Of a stretch of DNA of 13,817 bases, positions 1 to 8,141 are shown piece by piece. A program made the translations under genes and the position numbers. Each line of letters begins with the position of its first letter. Positions within the stretch are counted from its first letter, which is position 1. Below the pieces are notes generated by a model. It was not told the DNA's origin, searched no databases, and saw only the letters and a program-made list of their open reading frames with translations. The stretch comes from a virus (taxonomy: Duplodnaviria > Heunggongvirae > Uroviricota > Caudoviricetes): the IMG/VR virus record IMGVR_UViG_2645727640_000022; one strand, given 5' to 3'.

Positions 1-405
1 GAATCCACCCAGCGGCACTTTGATGGATTCATCAGTGGAGACGACAACGTATACCGGGTCGCCTTTTTTGATGGTGCTGGCATCAAAATCAGAACCGAGA
101 TTAACGGTCACGTAGCCACGCTTCATGGCGTCGCCCGGGAAGTTCTTGCCACTCCCCACCTGGCGAACCATGTCCGGCTGCGAAGTGGTCGGATAAGGGC
201 GCACGTAGATCCCCTTCACCTTGTCTGCGGTATCACCATCTGCCAGCGGCACGAAAAAACCGTCATCATCGTATTTACCAGCCAGCCCATAAGCAGCGAA
301 GGCGTTATCGGATTTAAGGACTACCGGTTCGACGGTTAAGTCCTGCGGGCGAGAGACAGCCCCGGCAATGCCAACAGGCATCCGGTACAGAAATACATTA
401 TTCAT
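1..405 (-). CDS. Phage structural protein, N-terminal 135 codons only (gene runs off the left edge); possibly capsid or decoration protein
   Basis: Minus-strand ATG at 405-403 with AAGGG Shine-Dalgarno ~8 nt upstream, 3 nt after the stop of the upstream gene; frame stays open to position 1 (translated by hand: MNNVFLYRMPVGIAGAVSRPQDLTVEPVVLKSDNAFAAYGLAGKYDDDGFFVPLADGDTADKVKGIYVRPYPTT...). Not in the ORF track because no stop lies in the window. Function inferred from position after portal/head-morphogenesis/scaffold-like genes. Confidence 0.5.
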   Translation of the reverse strand, partial: MNNVFLYRMPVGIAGAVSRPQDLTVEPVVLKSDNAFAAYGLAGKYDDDGFFVPLADGDTADKVKGIYVRPYPTTSQPDMVRQVGSGKNFPGDAMKRGYVTVNLGSDFDASTIKKGDPVYVVVSTDESIKVPLGGF

Positions 406-408
406 TTT

Positions 409-1629
409 TTACCCTTTACGGTTTGCCCAGAATTCAGCGTTTTGTTTGTTCAGGGAAGCGATACTGGTCATGCCCATGTTTGGGCGCTGTGCATCGCCGG
501 TGGTGGCGCGGGTGTTTCGCCCTTTGGCAATCTCAGACACGGCATTAAACGCCATGTCGACCGATTGTTTCGGTAATTTGCGGATATCCGCATCACCGAC
601 TATCTGGCGAACCAGCGTTTTGTCAGCAGAAGCCAGAACCTCACGTTTGAACGCGGTCGGTTTCATCTTACGGCTCAGATCGATACCCGGAACGATAACT
701 TCGGCACGCCAGGCTGAGTCACCAGTAATCGTGGTTTCCTCTTCATCGTCCTCGCCGTCACCGGTCGGATTATCGTCAGGCTTATTGTCGTTATCGCCCG
801 TCGCATTTCCTTCCAGCTTAGCCAGCAGGGCTTTCAGTAATGTTTTGAGGTCATCATCACTGTCGCCGGTTGGACCTCCGCCCATCTCTGGTGCTTTGTC
901 CGGTAGCGGTTGCTGCGGGGACAGGTTGATGTTGAGATTAACGCCCTGCGGCAAATCCCCCTCATCTCCTGTAACCGATGCGGGAGCCGACTCCACCAGT
1001 TCGTTCATGGTGTCAGCGTCACCCGTTTTGATGGCCGTGCGCATGCGGGTCCACCAGCTTTTCTTTTGATTTGCCATTGTGTCTCTGTCTCCAATTGCAC
1101 AACGATTTCCGGCTCTGCCTTTAGGGACAAGAGCCACATGGTTTCCGGTAATATCGACCTGCTGAGCCTTACCCGGCTCAGCCTGTTTATATTCCGCGTC
1201 ATAGCCACACGACACTTCGCGCAGGCCATCTTCGATCAGCTGAATGGCGTTTTCGTCTTTGACGATAAGGTCAGCCAGCATCAAATCAGACTGCACACCC
1301 GCCCCGCGCCGGACATTCTGAAGATGCCCGACCGCGAGCTCTTTCCAGTTCTCTGGATTCACCAGCCGCACATCCCCGTTTTCATCCTCGGGATGCAACA
1401 CCGTGATACTCATTCCTTCGAATGAGGCAAGCGTGGCGGGATGGAATACCTGCTCAGGAGAACGCGTGACGACTATTTCACCGAACTTATCGGGTTTCAG
1501 TTTTGGCAGGTCATCAGCACCATAGAGCTGCTTACCTGTTCGTCCTATCGGCACGTCTTTGCACAGCAACGAGCCGTCAGCCAGCTGATAGCGGGTTTCC
1601 CCCAGCCGGGTATTGAAAAAATATTTCAT
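409..1629 (-). CDS. Phage head-assembly protein (DUF2213-like by recollection; putative scaffold or prohead-associated protein) with an acidic Gly/Asp-rich low-complexity linker
   Basis: 406-aa ORF; AGGTAA Shine-Dalgarno before the ATG at 1629; starts 14 nt after the head morphogenesis stop and ends 3 nt before the next structural gene. Central low-complexity stretch with repeated TGD/PTGD motifs (…PTGDSDDD…NATGDNDNKPDDNPTGDGEDDEEETTITGD…). Family assignment is from memory, not a search. Confidence 0.55.
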   Translation of the reverse strand: MKYFFNTRLGETRYQLADGSLLCKDVPIGRTGKQLYGADDLPKLKPDKFGEIVVTRSPEQVFHPATLASFEGMSITVLHPEDENGDVRLVNPENWKELAVGHLQNVRRGAGVQSDLMLADLIVKDENAIQLIEDGLREVSCGYDAEYKQAEPGKAQQVDITGNHVALVPKGRAGNRCAIGDRDTMANQKKSWWTRMRTAIKTGDADTMNELVESAPASVTGDEGDLPQGVNLNINLSPQQPLPDKAPEMGGGPTGDSDDDLKTLLKALLAKLEGNATGDNDNKPDDNPTGDGEDDEEETTITGDSAWRAEVIVPGIDLSRKMKPTAFKREVLASADKTLVRQIVGDADIRKLPKQSVDMAFNAVSEIAKGRNTRATTGDAQRPNMGMTSIASLNKQNAEFWANRKG

Positions 1630-1643
1630 GTGTTACCTGCGAT

Positions 1644-2417
1644 TCAGGCGGGATAAGAATGGGAGGTGGGAAAAACGATTTCTTTATAACAGCGACAATT
1701 CGGGAGCTCTCCAGCGTGACCGGTCATGCCATCAAGCGTTGGAGGTTTGCCCCATTCGACAAATTTACCTTCCATTTCCCGATGAGAATGCCTGACGTCA
1801 CCATCTTCGGCTGTACGCCAGATATAACCATTCGAACCAATTGACAGCGCACGCGCCTGATCCAGCGCGCCGGTTGCACGTCCAAGTTCAGTACGGGCAA
1901 TCAGGTCAGCTCTGGACTTTGCTATATCACCCGATGCGGCTATTTCTTTAGCAAAATGTTCCGCTCTCCCACCGGTCACAACAGCTTCTGTCGCCCGATT
2001 CTGGATGTCGTACACCCTGTCAGCCGCCTCGAGGGGGAGCGATTTGATGTACTTAACCTGTTCAGCAACGATGGATTTCATCACCTGCCCTGGAGGGGCA
2101 CTGTTTACCAGATTGCGTAGCTCACGGCTGATGGTTTTGCTGTGTTTACGCCACTGCTCATCATTCTTGCGCACAATGTCGGCAGTAAAGTTTTCCGCGA
2201 CCTTTGTCGCCCAGGGGGTGATGATTTCACTGTAGCGTTCCAGCGCCTCAATAATTTCCGTGATACTGTCATTTGAACCATCGTAGCGACCATTTACGAT
2301 GTCCCCGACCGCCCGCGCTATCCTGCGTAGGCTGGTTCGATAGCGGATTTCCGCCTGACGGTTCCTGCGGTTCGTCATCAGGTTCGCCGATGCCGGGCGG
2401 CGCTTCGTCTTCGGCAT
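1644..2417 (-). CDS. Phage head morphogenesis protein (Mu gpF / SPP1 gp7 family minor head protein)
   Basis: C-terminal motifs typical of the Mu F-like family: …IARTELGRATGALDQARA…GYIWRTAEDGDVRHSHREMEGKF…ELPNCRCY…. The ORF track starts at 2432, but that ATG has no Shine-Dalgarno; the ATG at 2417 (M6) is preceded by GAGG about 9 nt upstream, so 2417 is chosen. Either start overlaps the portal 3' end by ~150 nt. Confidence 0.75.
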   Translation of the reverse strand: MPKTKRRPASANLMTNRRNRQAEIRYRTSLRRIARAVGDIVNGRYDGSNDSITEIIEALERYSEIITPWATKVAENFTADIVRKNDEQWRKHSKTISRELRNLVNSAPPGQVMKSIVAEQVKYIKSLPLEAADRVYDIQNRATEAVVTGGRAEHFAKEIAASGDIAKSRADLIARTELGRATGALDQARALSIGSNGYIWRTAEDGDVRHSHREMEGKFVEWGKPPTLDGMTGHAGELPNCRCYKEIVFPTSHSYPA

Positions 2418-3735
2418 TCTCGATGTCCTCATCGGTAATGGATGCCCCGATGCCGGTTACGTCAGAATTTTCGCGCAAATCGGTCATAGCGGCTTTCAGT
2501 GTCATCAGACCATCACCCAGCGCTGTACTGATTGCGTTGGTGGTGTTTAACGCCACCGTTGAGCGATCGACATCAGACATTTGCCAGAGCGGGTTAAACT
2601 CAAACGTGAAATCATCCGGGAGCGGCTTGCCAAGTTCCGAACGATGCATGATGTCCAGTATCCGACGCACCGGAAGACGTAAACGCCTCTCCTGCAACGA
2701 ACTGATGCGGTCGTAATAGTTGGCAAGGTCTGCATCACCGGTAGAAAATCCTTTCGGGGACTGTCCGAACAACCGCACCAGTGGGATACCAACAGCGCCA
2801 CTAATCTGTTCTGCAAACTGTGATAGGATGTCATCCAGACCACTGAAGCTGTACTGATGCGTTTCAAACTTATCCCGCGAGTCCATGAGCGTCATGCCTT
2901 CATTGCTCTGGAACTGTCGAATCAGGTCGATATTCTTCAGCAACGCTTCATACGCAGGACCACCAAGTGCGATAAGCTCGCGTAGCTTCTCCACGCTGTA
3001 GGTACGCAAATGCGCTTTGTAGACCAGCTGCGCCGCGCCGACAGTAGCGCTGTCGAACGCGGTAAGACGATCCCAGATACGCTCTACAACCGACATTCCC
3101 CATTCGTTCTCGGTCATCTTCTGCTGAAATGGCAGCGTGACGCCATCAAAGCGAATCAGTCGACTGTGATGAATGCGCCAGGCAGGAATTCCCGTTGCTG
3201 TGGTCACCACATCGTAAAACTCAGGTTTACCCAGGTCCGGCCCCATATCTTTAATGCGGCGGGTCAGTACCGGGTCAATCATCCAGCGGTCGAGCGGGAG
3301 AATCCCCTTAAACTTGCCCTTACCGATGGTTTCGGGTCGCAGCGGGGTCATTGGTGCCTGCCCCTCAATCATGATGAAACCCACCGCGCCGCCGTAGAGG
3401 CGCGACCATTTCAGCACGTCATTCAGCGCATCCCAGATTTGCAACTCATCCAGTTGTGATTCGAGAATGCCGCGATCTTTTGCATCAATTTCCGAAGTGA
3501 TGCGAATGCCTTTGCGGGTCATATCATCCGGGATAGCATCGACTGCTTCGCCGATGATCCAGGATGAACGATAGGACCATTCCACCAGCATGCGGTTACG
3601 ACTGGTGAAATTAGCCCGGTAGGTGGATGCTGAGTGCTGGTTAGGTGTCTGCATCCCTACGCGGGCAATAAAATTCTCATAACCATCAGCTGTAGCCTGC
3701 GCAGTTCGCCGCAGGGCTTGTTTGTTTCGTGCCAT
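2269..3735 (-). CDS. Phage portal protein
   Basis: 488-aa ORF immediately downstream of the terminase large subunit with ATGA start/stop overlap at 3733-3737; size, position and acidic C-terminal tail (…DEDIENAEDEAPPGIGEPDDEPQEP…) are typical of portal proteins of this head-module type. Confidence 0.7.
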   Translation of the reverse strand: MARNKQALRRTAQATADGYENFIARVGMQTPNQHSASTYRANFTSRNRMLVEWSYRSSWIIGEAVDAIPDDMTRKGIRITSEIDAKDRGILESQLDELQIWDALNDVLKWSRLYGGAVGFIMIEGQAPMTPLRPETIGKGKFKGILPLDRWMIDPVLTRRIKDMGPDLGKPEFYDVVTTATGIPAWRIHHSRLIRFDGVTLPFQQKMTENEWGMSVVERIWDRLTAFDSATVGAAQLVYKAHLRTYSVEKLRELIALGGPAYEALLKNIDLIRQFQSNEGMTLMDSRDKFETHQYSFSGLDDILSQFAEQISGAVGIPLVRLFGQSPKGFSTGDADLANYYDRISSLQERRLRLPVRRILDIMHRSELGKPLPDDFTFEFNPLWQMSDVDRSTVALNTTNAISTALGDGLMTLKAAMTDLRENSDVTGIGASITDEDIENAEDEAPPGIGEPDDEPQEPSGGNPLSNQPTQDSAGGRGHRKWSLRWFK

Positions 3736-5357
3736 CAGGCCTGTCTCCCTAGCAGCTCCCAGATGTTCAGGGCTGAATTCATTGGGGCATAGTTGATCAT
3801 CACCGAGTCGGCAAGGTTTGGCGATCGGGTTCCATCAGGCTGTTTATCAATAACGATTTTTCCCACACCATTAATGGAATAGGTCGGCTGCGAAAGCTCG
3901 ATGATGAGTTTATCTTTGAGTGCCATGCTACTGCTGATTGAGATGATTTCGTCCGGGTTGTAAGCCATACCTTCAACCACGGCGCGCCAGGTATTCTGAA
4001 AAAGTTTACGTAACCGCCACCAGCTCTGGGCTTTGGCGTTAGCGAAGAAGTCCTTGTTCAGACGTGCTGCTTGCCCGTTGTCCCCGCGAACAGCTTCATC
4101 ATCCGGATCAAATACCGCGCCACTACCTCGAAACGGTGTGGCAAGTATTGACGGTCGACGCGCAGCGTTACGCAGTTCGTTGATAGCGCGTGCATCGCCG
4201 CGAACGCCAGCGCCCAGCCCGTCCTCGTCAAAGCGAAACTCTTCGAGGTTGTCCTGTTCGCAAAAGCCGAAAACCTTCTCGACGGACTGATAAATGTCGC
4301 TGCCCACACCGGACCATTCCCGCACATTTTCCAGGAGGAAGCCATGACGGGTGGAAAAGGCATTTTTGTCCCTGCCTTCGTCGGCGACATCCATCGCGCC
4401 AAGTCGTTTGCCTGTTGGCTGGATACCCAGTTTGATATGCGCATCAACGGCAGCCTGTACCCATTCGGATGGAATCAGAACGCCTTCCGCTGATGCGCTG
4501 TAGTTCAGATCAAGTTCCTGTGCCACCACCACCGGATTATCGATTTTCTCGCATTCCCTGCGATACCACTCTTCATCCTTGCGAGGATCATCCCGCCAGT
4601 GGAATGTGAATACCGGTATCTTCCCGCCATGACGCTTCTGAGCGAACGGGTTAGCCATGCCGTTAACTGAACTCAGGTCGATACGGCAACGCGTCGTTTG
4701 TGACAACGCCGCATCAATCAGCAGAGGACGCTGAAGGAATGCAGCCTCATCAACCAGATAAAGCGTGGTACGGTCACCACGACCAATATTATCGCCAGCC
4801 TCGCCTTTGATAACGGCACCAGTTTCAGGAAACTCAACACGCATATATGGCGCGTGCTTCTTCTCACTCCACGAACCGCGAAACTCTACAGGTAGCGTTT
4901 CCACGAACTTGCGTGCCTTCCAGAACAATGCTTTCGGGTCACCAGTGCTGTCGACGTATTCCTCTTTACGGGAGCCGAAACCGATAACCATTTCTTTGTT
5001 GAAGAGACAAAGCGAGCAGGCCAGTCCGATCGCGGTCCAACTGAGCCCCATTTCACGGGATTTTTCGGTAATACCATTCTCCCGATTGCCCCAGCGTTCC
5101 ATAATCCAGTGGATCCACTCCTCCTGCTTAGGGAAGAGTAAAAACGGAATGGTCACCGGCAGGCCATAATCAATATTACGCGGGTCCGTTGTCATGCCCC
5201 AGTCGATGATGAACTGAGCCGGATTGGTTCGGTAAAACTGCTTCAATACGGGCAATATTTCAGGATTCTGGCGAATGCGCTGTAGGCGTTCCATCCGCCA
5301 TTCAAAAACCATCTGGTAATCAGGATGTTTAAAATCGAAGGGGAATGGTAACGGCAT
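3735..5357 (-). CDS. Terminase large subunit
   Basis: 540-aa ORF starting 2 nt after the terminase small subunit stop and overlapping the portal start; size and position in the terS-terL-portal order. N-terminus [44 protein letters not shown]… resembles enterobacterial prophage large terminases as I recall them. Confidence 0.8.
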   Translation of the reverse strand: MPLPFPFDFKHPDYQMVFEWRMERLQRIRQNPEILPVLKQFYRTNPAQFIIDWGMTTDPRNIDYGLPVTIPFLLFPKQEEWIHWIMERWGNRENGITEKSREMGLSWTAIGLACSLCLFNKEMVIGFGSRKEEYVDSTGDPKALFWKARKFVETLPVEFRGSWSEKKHAPYMRVEFPETGAVIKGEAGDNIGRGDRTTLYLVDEAAFLQRPLLIDAALSQTTRCRIDLSSVNGMANPFAQKRHGGKIPVFTFHWRDDPRKDEEWYRRECEKIDNPVVVAQELDLNYSASAEGVLIPSEWVQAAVDAHIKLGIQPTGKRLGAMDVADEGRDKNAFSTRHGFLLENVREWSGVGSDIYQSVEKVFGFCEQDNLEEFRFDEDGLGAGVRGDARAINELRNAARRPSILATPFRGSGAVFDPDDEAVRGDNGQAARLNKDFFANAKAQSWWRLRKLFQNTWRAVVEGMAYNPDEIISISSSMALKDKLIIELSQPTYSINGVGKIVIDKQPDGTRSPNLADSVMINYAPMNSALNIWELLGRQA

Positions 5358-5359
5358 AC

Positions 5360-5932
5360 TTAGCCCATCATTTTTCTATACGCCTCTGCAGCCTGCTCCG
5401 GCGTTAAGTTGGTAATTTCTGTTCTGACGGGTCCTCCATCAGCGCCAGTCACTTCATTTTTGACGTTGTCTTTAAACGCCTGAACAGAAACATGACGCCC
5501 AAGCAACTCAAGGTTTTTAACCTTATCAGGCCACTTAATCTTTTTAAGGATCCCGACCATTTCTCTGTCATCTCCTCGCCCCTCAAACATTTCAGCGAGG
5601 TTAAATCCACTCAGGTACCGACGCCACGATTCCGGCCACGCAGACAGAGGCTTAATACTTAAATCGTCCTCCAGGATGTCAGCCACATCGAGCCTGTCGA
5701 TCTCAACCAGTCGCATCAGCACATAATTCGCATCAATGCCCAGTTGATCAATACGCTCCTGCTTTAGCTCGTTAATACGGGCGCGTATCTCAGGTTTACC
5801 GTATAGTTCAGCCCCCGTAACATGTGCTCGACTGGAGACGTAGCCTGCGCGAATAGCTGCTTGTGTAGCATTCAGATCGACAAGAAACTCGCGACAAAAC
5901 ACCTCGTGTTTTGCTTTCAGCTTCTTAGTCAT
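5360..5932 (-). CDS. Terminase small subunit
   Basis: 190-aa ORF with the N-terminal signature of phage small terminases (…[24 protein letters not shown]…), directly upstream of the large subunit. Confidence 0.8.
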   Translation of the reverse strand: MTKKLKAKHEVFCREFLVDLNATQAAIRAGYVSSRAHVTGAELYGKPEIRARINELKQERIDQLGIDANYVLMRLVEIDRLDVADILEDDLSIKPLSAWPESWRRYLSGFNLAEMFEGRGDDREMVGILKKIKWPDKVKNLELLGRHVSVQAFKDNVKNEVTGADGGPVRTEITNLTPEQAAEAYRKMMG

Positions 5933-5993
5933 TTTATTTTCCAGTTATCAGGTCATTATCGAAGCCCCTCCTGGAAGAGCTTCTGTAATGCTA

Positions 5994-6518
5994 TTACCGG
6001 GACTGTTCTATTTGTCGGACACCAGCCAACTGGTTATTCGCCTTCTCGATGGCAGCCAACAATGGGTTAATCCACAGAACAGCCTGGCAATATGTCAACG
6101 TTCTGGTGGTAGTGGCACGATCACCGGCTGAGTCAATGTCCCCGGAATCGGCGTGCAATGCGCTGGCGCGTAAACGGTTCGCGTAGTTGAGCAACCCGAC
6201 AGCAATATCAACAGGAACAGGGAAATCACAGTTCTTTTCACGGAGCAGAACCTCACGGTATTTGATGACTGTCTTCTCGTGACCGATGTCGACCAGAGAA
6301 TTTAATCGGCTTGCGTTTTCTGCTATCTGGTTAAAACGATTGAAGTTTAATGCCTGATTAGCTATCACTTTCCCTTGATATTCAGCTTCACCTTCCGCTT
6401 TATCAGCCCGCAACTTTTCTGCCTGATACTTGCTGTGGTAATGGTTTGCAGACCAGACGAGCGCCCCAAAGGCAGAGAAGAAAAATGCCGCGATGACAAT
6501 CTTATAAGTCAGCTTCAT
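5994..6518 (-). CDS. Rz: Rz-like i-spanin (inner-membrane spanin subunit)
   Basis: 174-aa ORF overlapping the 3' end of the endolysin gene by 17 nt; N-terminal transmembrane segment (KIVIAAFFFSAFGALVWSANHY, compare lambda Rz …WAVNHY…) followed by a long predicted helical region; third gene of the holin-endolysin-spanin cassette. Confidence 0.65.
   Translation of the reverse strand: MKLTYKIVIAAFFFSAFGALVWSANHYHSKYQAEKLRADKAEGEAEYQGKVIANQALNFNRFNQIAENASRLNSLVDIGHEKTVIKYREVLLREKNCDFPVPVDIAVGLLNYANRLRASALHADSGDIDSAGDRATTTRTLTYCQAVLWINPLLAAIEKANNQLAGVRQIEQSR
6095..6241 (-). CDS. Rz1: Rz1-like o-spanin (outer-membrane lipoprotein), embedded in the +1 frame of Rz
   Basis: Hand translation of the +1 frame inside Rz gives (GTG start)KRTVISLFLLILLSGCSTTRTVYAPAHCTPIPGTLTQPVIVPLPPER-stop: signal peptide with lipobox LLSG-C, then a short proline-rich mature region with a second Cys, as in lambda Rz1. 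GAGG lies 9 nt upstream of the GTG at 6241-6239. Below the 60-aa cutoff and non-ATG start, hence absent from the ORF track. Confidence 0.5.
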   Translation of the reverse strand: MKRTVISLFLLILLSGCSTTRTVYAPAHCTPIPGTLTQPVIVPLPPER

Positions 6519-6978
6519 TTACCACCCCACCAGCATCTTTAAACCTGGAAATCAGGTCACCGATTTTATGTTCATACTGACCGTAACCTGCACCAGGTAA
6601 CGACGCCCAGATATTGCTGCAACGGTCGATTGCCTGACGAATATCGCCACGGTCAATCATCGGTAAAGCGCCACGCTCTTTAATCTGCTGCAGCGCCACA
6701 GCGTCCTGACTTTCTGGCGAAAAATCTTTCAGGCCAAGCTGCTTACAGTAGGCATCCCACCAGCGTGAAAGAAGCTGATACCGGCCTGCGGCTGTTGATT
6801 TAAGCTTCGGGTTTAGCGTGACAAGTTTGCGAGGGTGATCGGAGTAATCAGTGAACAACTCACCTCCGACGATAACGTCATAACCGTGATTACGTGTCGG
6901 TTGTCGCCCGTTATCCGTTCCTTCTGACCATGCCACCATATCCAGGAAAGCTTTACGTTGGGAATTTAGTGTCTGCAT
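6502..6978 (-). CDS. R: Endolysin, lambda R-type lytic transglycosylase
   Basis: 158-aa protein that matches my recollection of phage lambda R almost residue-for-residue over most of its length (…NSQRKAFLDM.AWSEGTDNGRQ.TRNHGYDVIVGGELFTDYSDHPRKLVTLNPKLKST.AGRYQLLSRWWDAY.KQLGLKDFSP.SQDAVALQQIKERGALPMIDRGDIRQAIDRCSNIWASLPGAGYGQ…). Start is 1 nt after the holin stop. Confidence 0.9.
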   Translation of the reverse strand: MQTLNSQRKAFLDMVAWSEGTDNGRQPTRNHGYDVIVGGELFTDYSDHPRKLVTLNPKLKSTAAGRYQLLSRWWDAYCKQLGLKDFSPESQDAVALQQIKERGALPMIDRGDIRQAIDRCSNIWASLPGAGYGQYEHKIGDLISRFKDAGGVVNEADL

Positions 6979-6981
6979 GAA

Positions 6982-7323
6982 TTACTCCTTAGAGCCACCA
7001 AACTTGTTACCGATTACTCGCATTGCAGCCCCACGAATAGCATCGACACCGCTCAGCCCAACACCACCACCAATGGCAACAGAAAGCGATTTAGGCCATC
7101 CGACATACTCAAGAGCGGATGCAAAAGTCAGCGTCAGAGCACCACAGAGCAAAATCTCAAGCGTTTTTCGTTTCCAGCCGCCGCCACCGCCAAAATAGGC
7201 AATGCGCAAGCCAGCCATAACAATTGACATAACCACTGCGCCCAACGGCGTATCTCCACGCCACCAACTTTGTAAGAGTTCCAGTAAGTCAGGCCAGGAA
7301 TGAGGAGCATTGTGCATTTTCAT
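6982..7323 (-). CDS. Class I holin with lambda S-like dual-start motif (Met-Lys-Met)
   Basis: Three hydrophobic segments (LGAVVMSIVMAGLRIAYF, TLEILLCGALTLTFASALEY, LSVAIGGGVGLSGVDAI) and a charged C-terminus. The ORF track start (7341) has no ribosome-binding site; the ATG at 7323-7321 is preceded by GGAGGTG 6 nt upstream and begins MKMHNAP…, two Met codons separated by Lys as in lambda S107/S105. Confidence 0.7.
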   Translation of the reverse strand: MKMHNAPHSWPDLLELLQSWWRGDTPLGAVVMSIVMAGLRIAYFGGGGGWKRKTLEILLCGALTLTFASALEYVGWPKSLSVAIGGGVGLSGVDAIRGAAMRVIGNKFGGSKE

Positions 7324-7424
7324 ACTTCCCACCTCCGCCATTACGGGGTGTTGTTGAAAGGCGGGCCCTGCGTATACGCCCGTAGGATTGGGTTATGAGC
7401 CGTCCTTCGGTGGGCCCTGAATAC

Positions 7425-7447
7425 AAAAAAAGTTCGCCATAGCGAAC
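7425..7447 (-). terminator. Rho-independent terminator on the minus strand, ~100 nt upstream of the holin start (tR'-like)
   Basis: Minus-strand RNA: GUUCGC-UAUG-GCGAAC followed by UUUUUUUGUAUU (plus-strand stem 7432-7437/7442-7447, A-run 7425-7431). Confidence 0.5.
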
Positions 7448-7674
7448 CTTGTTAAATTTGTTAAAAAAGGAGGTTATTTAACATAATGTACGTTATAGGA
7501 ACCACACGATCCCCGCTCGCAATAGATTTGCGATGAAAGGCCTATTTAATCAACTTAAGTGGTCCAGAATGACGAAATTCGAGTGAATAAAAGGTGCATA
7601 AAAAAGGGCAAAAACTGCATAGCGTTTTTTCGCAGCGAAAGCCCTGTTTTATTAACTTTTCCCCAGAATGGGGC
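7448..7674 (-). promoter_or_regulatory. Late regulatory region (expected site of the Q-dependent late promoter and Q-utilisation site); promoter hexamers not resolved
   Basis: Lies between the Q operon terminator and the tR'-like terminator, directly upstream of the lysis cassette; contains several hairpins (e.g. CCCCAGAATGGGG at 7661-7673, AGGGC…GCCCT at 7605-7645). I could not assign -35/-10 elements confidently. Confidence 0.3.
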
Positions 7675-7701
7675 AATAAAAAAGGCCCCCTTGCGGAAGC
7701 C
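7675..7701 (-). terminator. Rho-independent terminator on the minus strand, downstream of the 113-aa ORF
   Basis: Minus-strand RNA: GGCUUCC-GCAA-GGGGGCC (7-bp stem including two G-U pairs, GNRA tetraloop) followed by UUUUUUAUU; ~70 nt after the ORF stop at 7769. Confidence 0.45.
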
Positions 7702-7768
7702 TCTTCGTGATGAACTGTTTTCAACAGATATCAGGCTAATCGGCTTTTTGGAATTCCACAACTATTTT

Positions 7769-8110
7769 TTATCTTACCTTGATGCCTGATGCCGTCAGAT
7801 GTTTACGACAGTCCTGAATACCTTCGTTATAACCCGCATCGTAGAAGCTATCCGGCTTTGCCTTCAGCGCAGGAAGCGTAACGCTGGTAGCTCTTCGTTC
7901 GGCCAGAACACCTGCCTGAAAGAGTGTCCACATCAACTGAACTGCTGAATCACAGTAAGTAACATCTTCACTGTACAATTCTCGTTCAATCCTGATGCCA
8001 AGTTGAGCCTTCATTGATGCGCCAATATTACCTTTGACCTGCAACGACAGGTCTGGGTACCTCTGTTCCATGAAGCTTTCAAATCTGTTGCGAACGCTGA
8101 TCAGAGCCAT
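7769..8110 (-). CDS. Hypothetical protein, 113 aa, in the Q-to-lysis moron slot
   Basis: ORF with AAGGGAA Shine-Dalgarno ~8 nt upstream of the ATG at 8110, 31 nt after the Q stop; followed by its own terminator. I do not recognise the protein (MALISVRNRFESFMEQRYPDLSLQVKGNIGASMKAQ…). Confidence 0.6.
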   Translation of the reverse strand: MALISVRNRFESFMEQRYPDLSLQVKGNIGASMKAQLGIRIERELYSEDVTYCDSAVQLMWTLFQAGVLAERRATSVTLPALKAKPDSFYDAGYNEGIQDCRKHLTASGIKVR

Positions 8111-8141
8111 CTGGTTCCCTTACGTGATTGATTGCTGGATA

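Noticed and set aside
368-1425. Plus-strand ORFs 368..1069 (233 aa) and 910..1425 (171 aa)
   Set aside because: Antisense to the well-supported 409..1629 head gene; Ser-rich low-complexity translations that mirror the acidic/Gly-rich linker on the coding strand.
1005-2293. Short minus- and plus-strand ORFs (1005..1229, 1441..1844, 2005..2293) overlapping the head genes
   Set aside because: All are out-of-frame overlaps of the scaffold-like and head morphogenesis genes with no independent start signals.
3010-5169. Plus-strand ORFs within the portal and terminase genes (3010..3459, 4033..4290, 4190..4435, 4765..5169)
   Set aside because: All lie antisense to long, well-supported minus-strand structural genes; Arg/Pro/Ser-rich translations typical of antisense frames in GC-rich coding DNA.
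6061-6080. DnaA-box-like sequence TTAATCCACA inside the Rz gene
   Set aside because: Single imperfect copy within coding sequence, far from any replication gene; most likely chance.
7342-7768. tRNA genes, which are often found between Q and the lysis genes in Stx-type phages
   Set aside because: Scanned both strands by eye for T-loop (GGTTCGAATCC-like) and cloverleaf-compatible sequence and found none; a tRNA scanning tool would be needed to rule this out formally.
7559-7789. 76-aa plus-strand ORF and minus-strand ORFs 7542..7724 and 7555..7761 in the late regulatory region
   Set aside because: They span terminator hairpins and A/T runs, lack ribosome-binding sites, and the region is better explained as promoter/terminator sequence.
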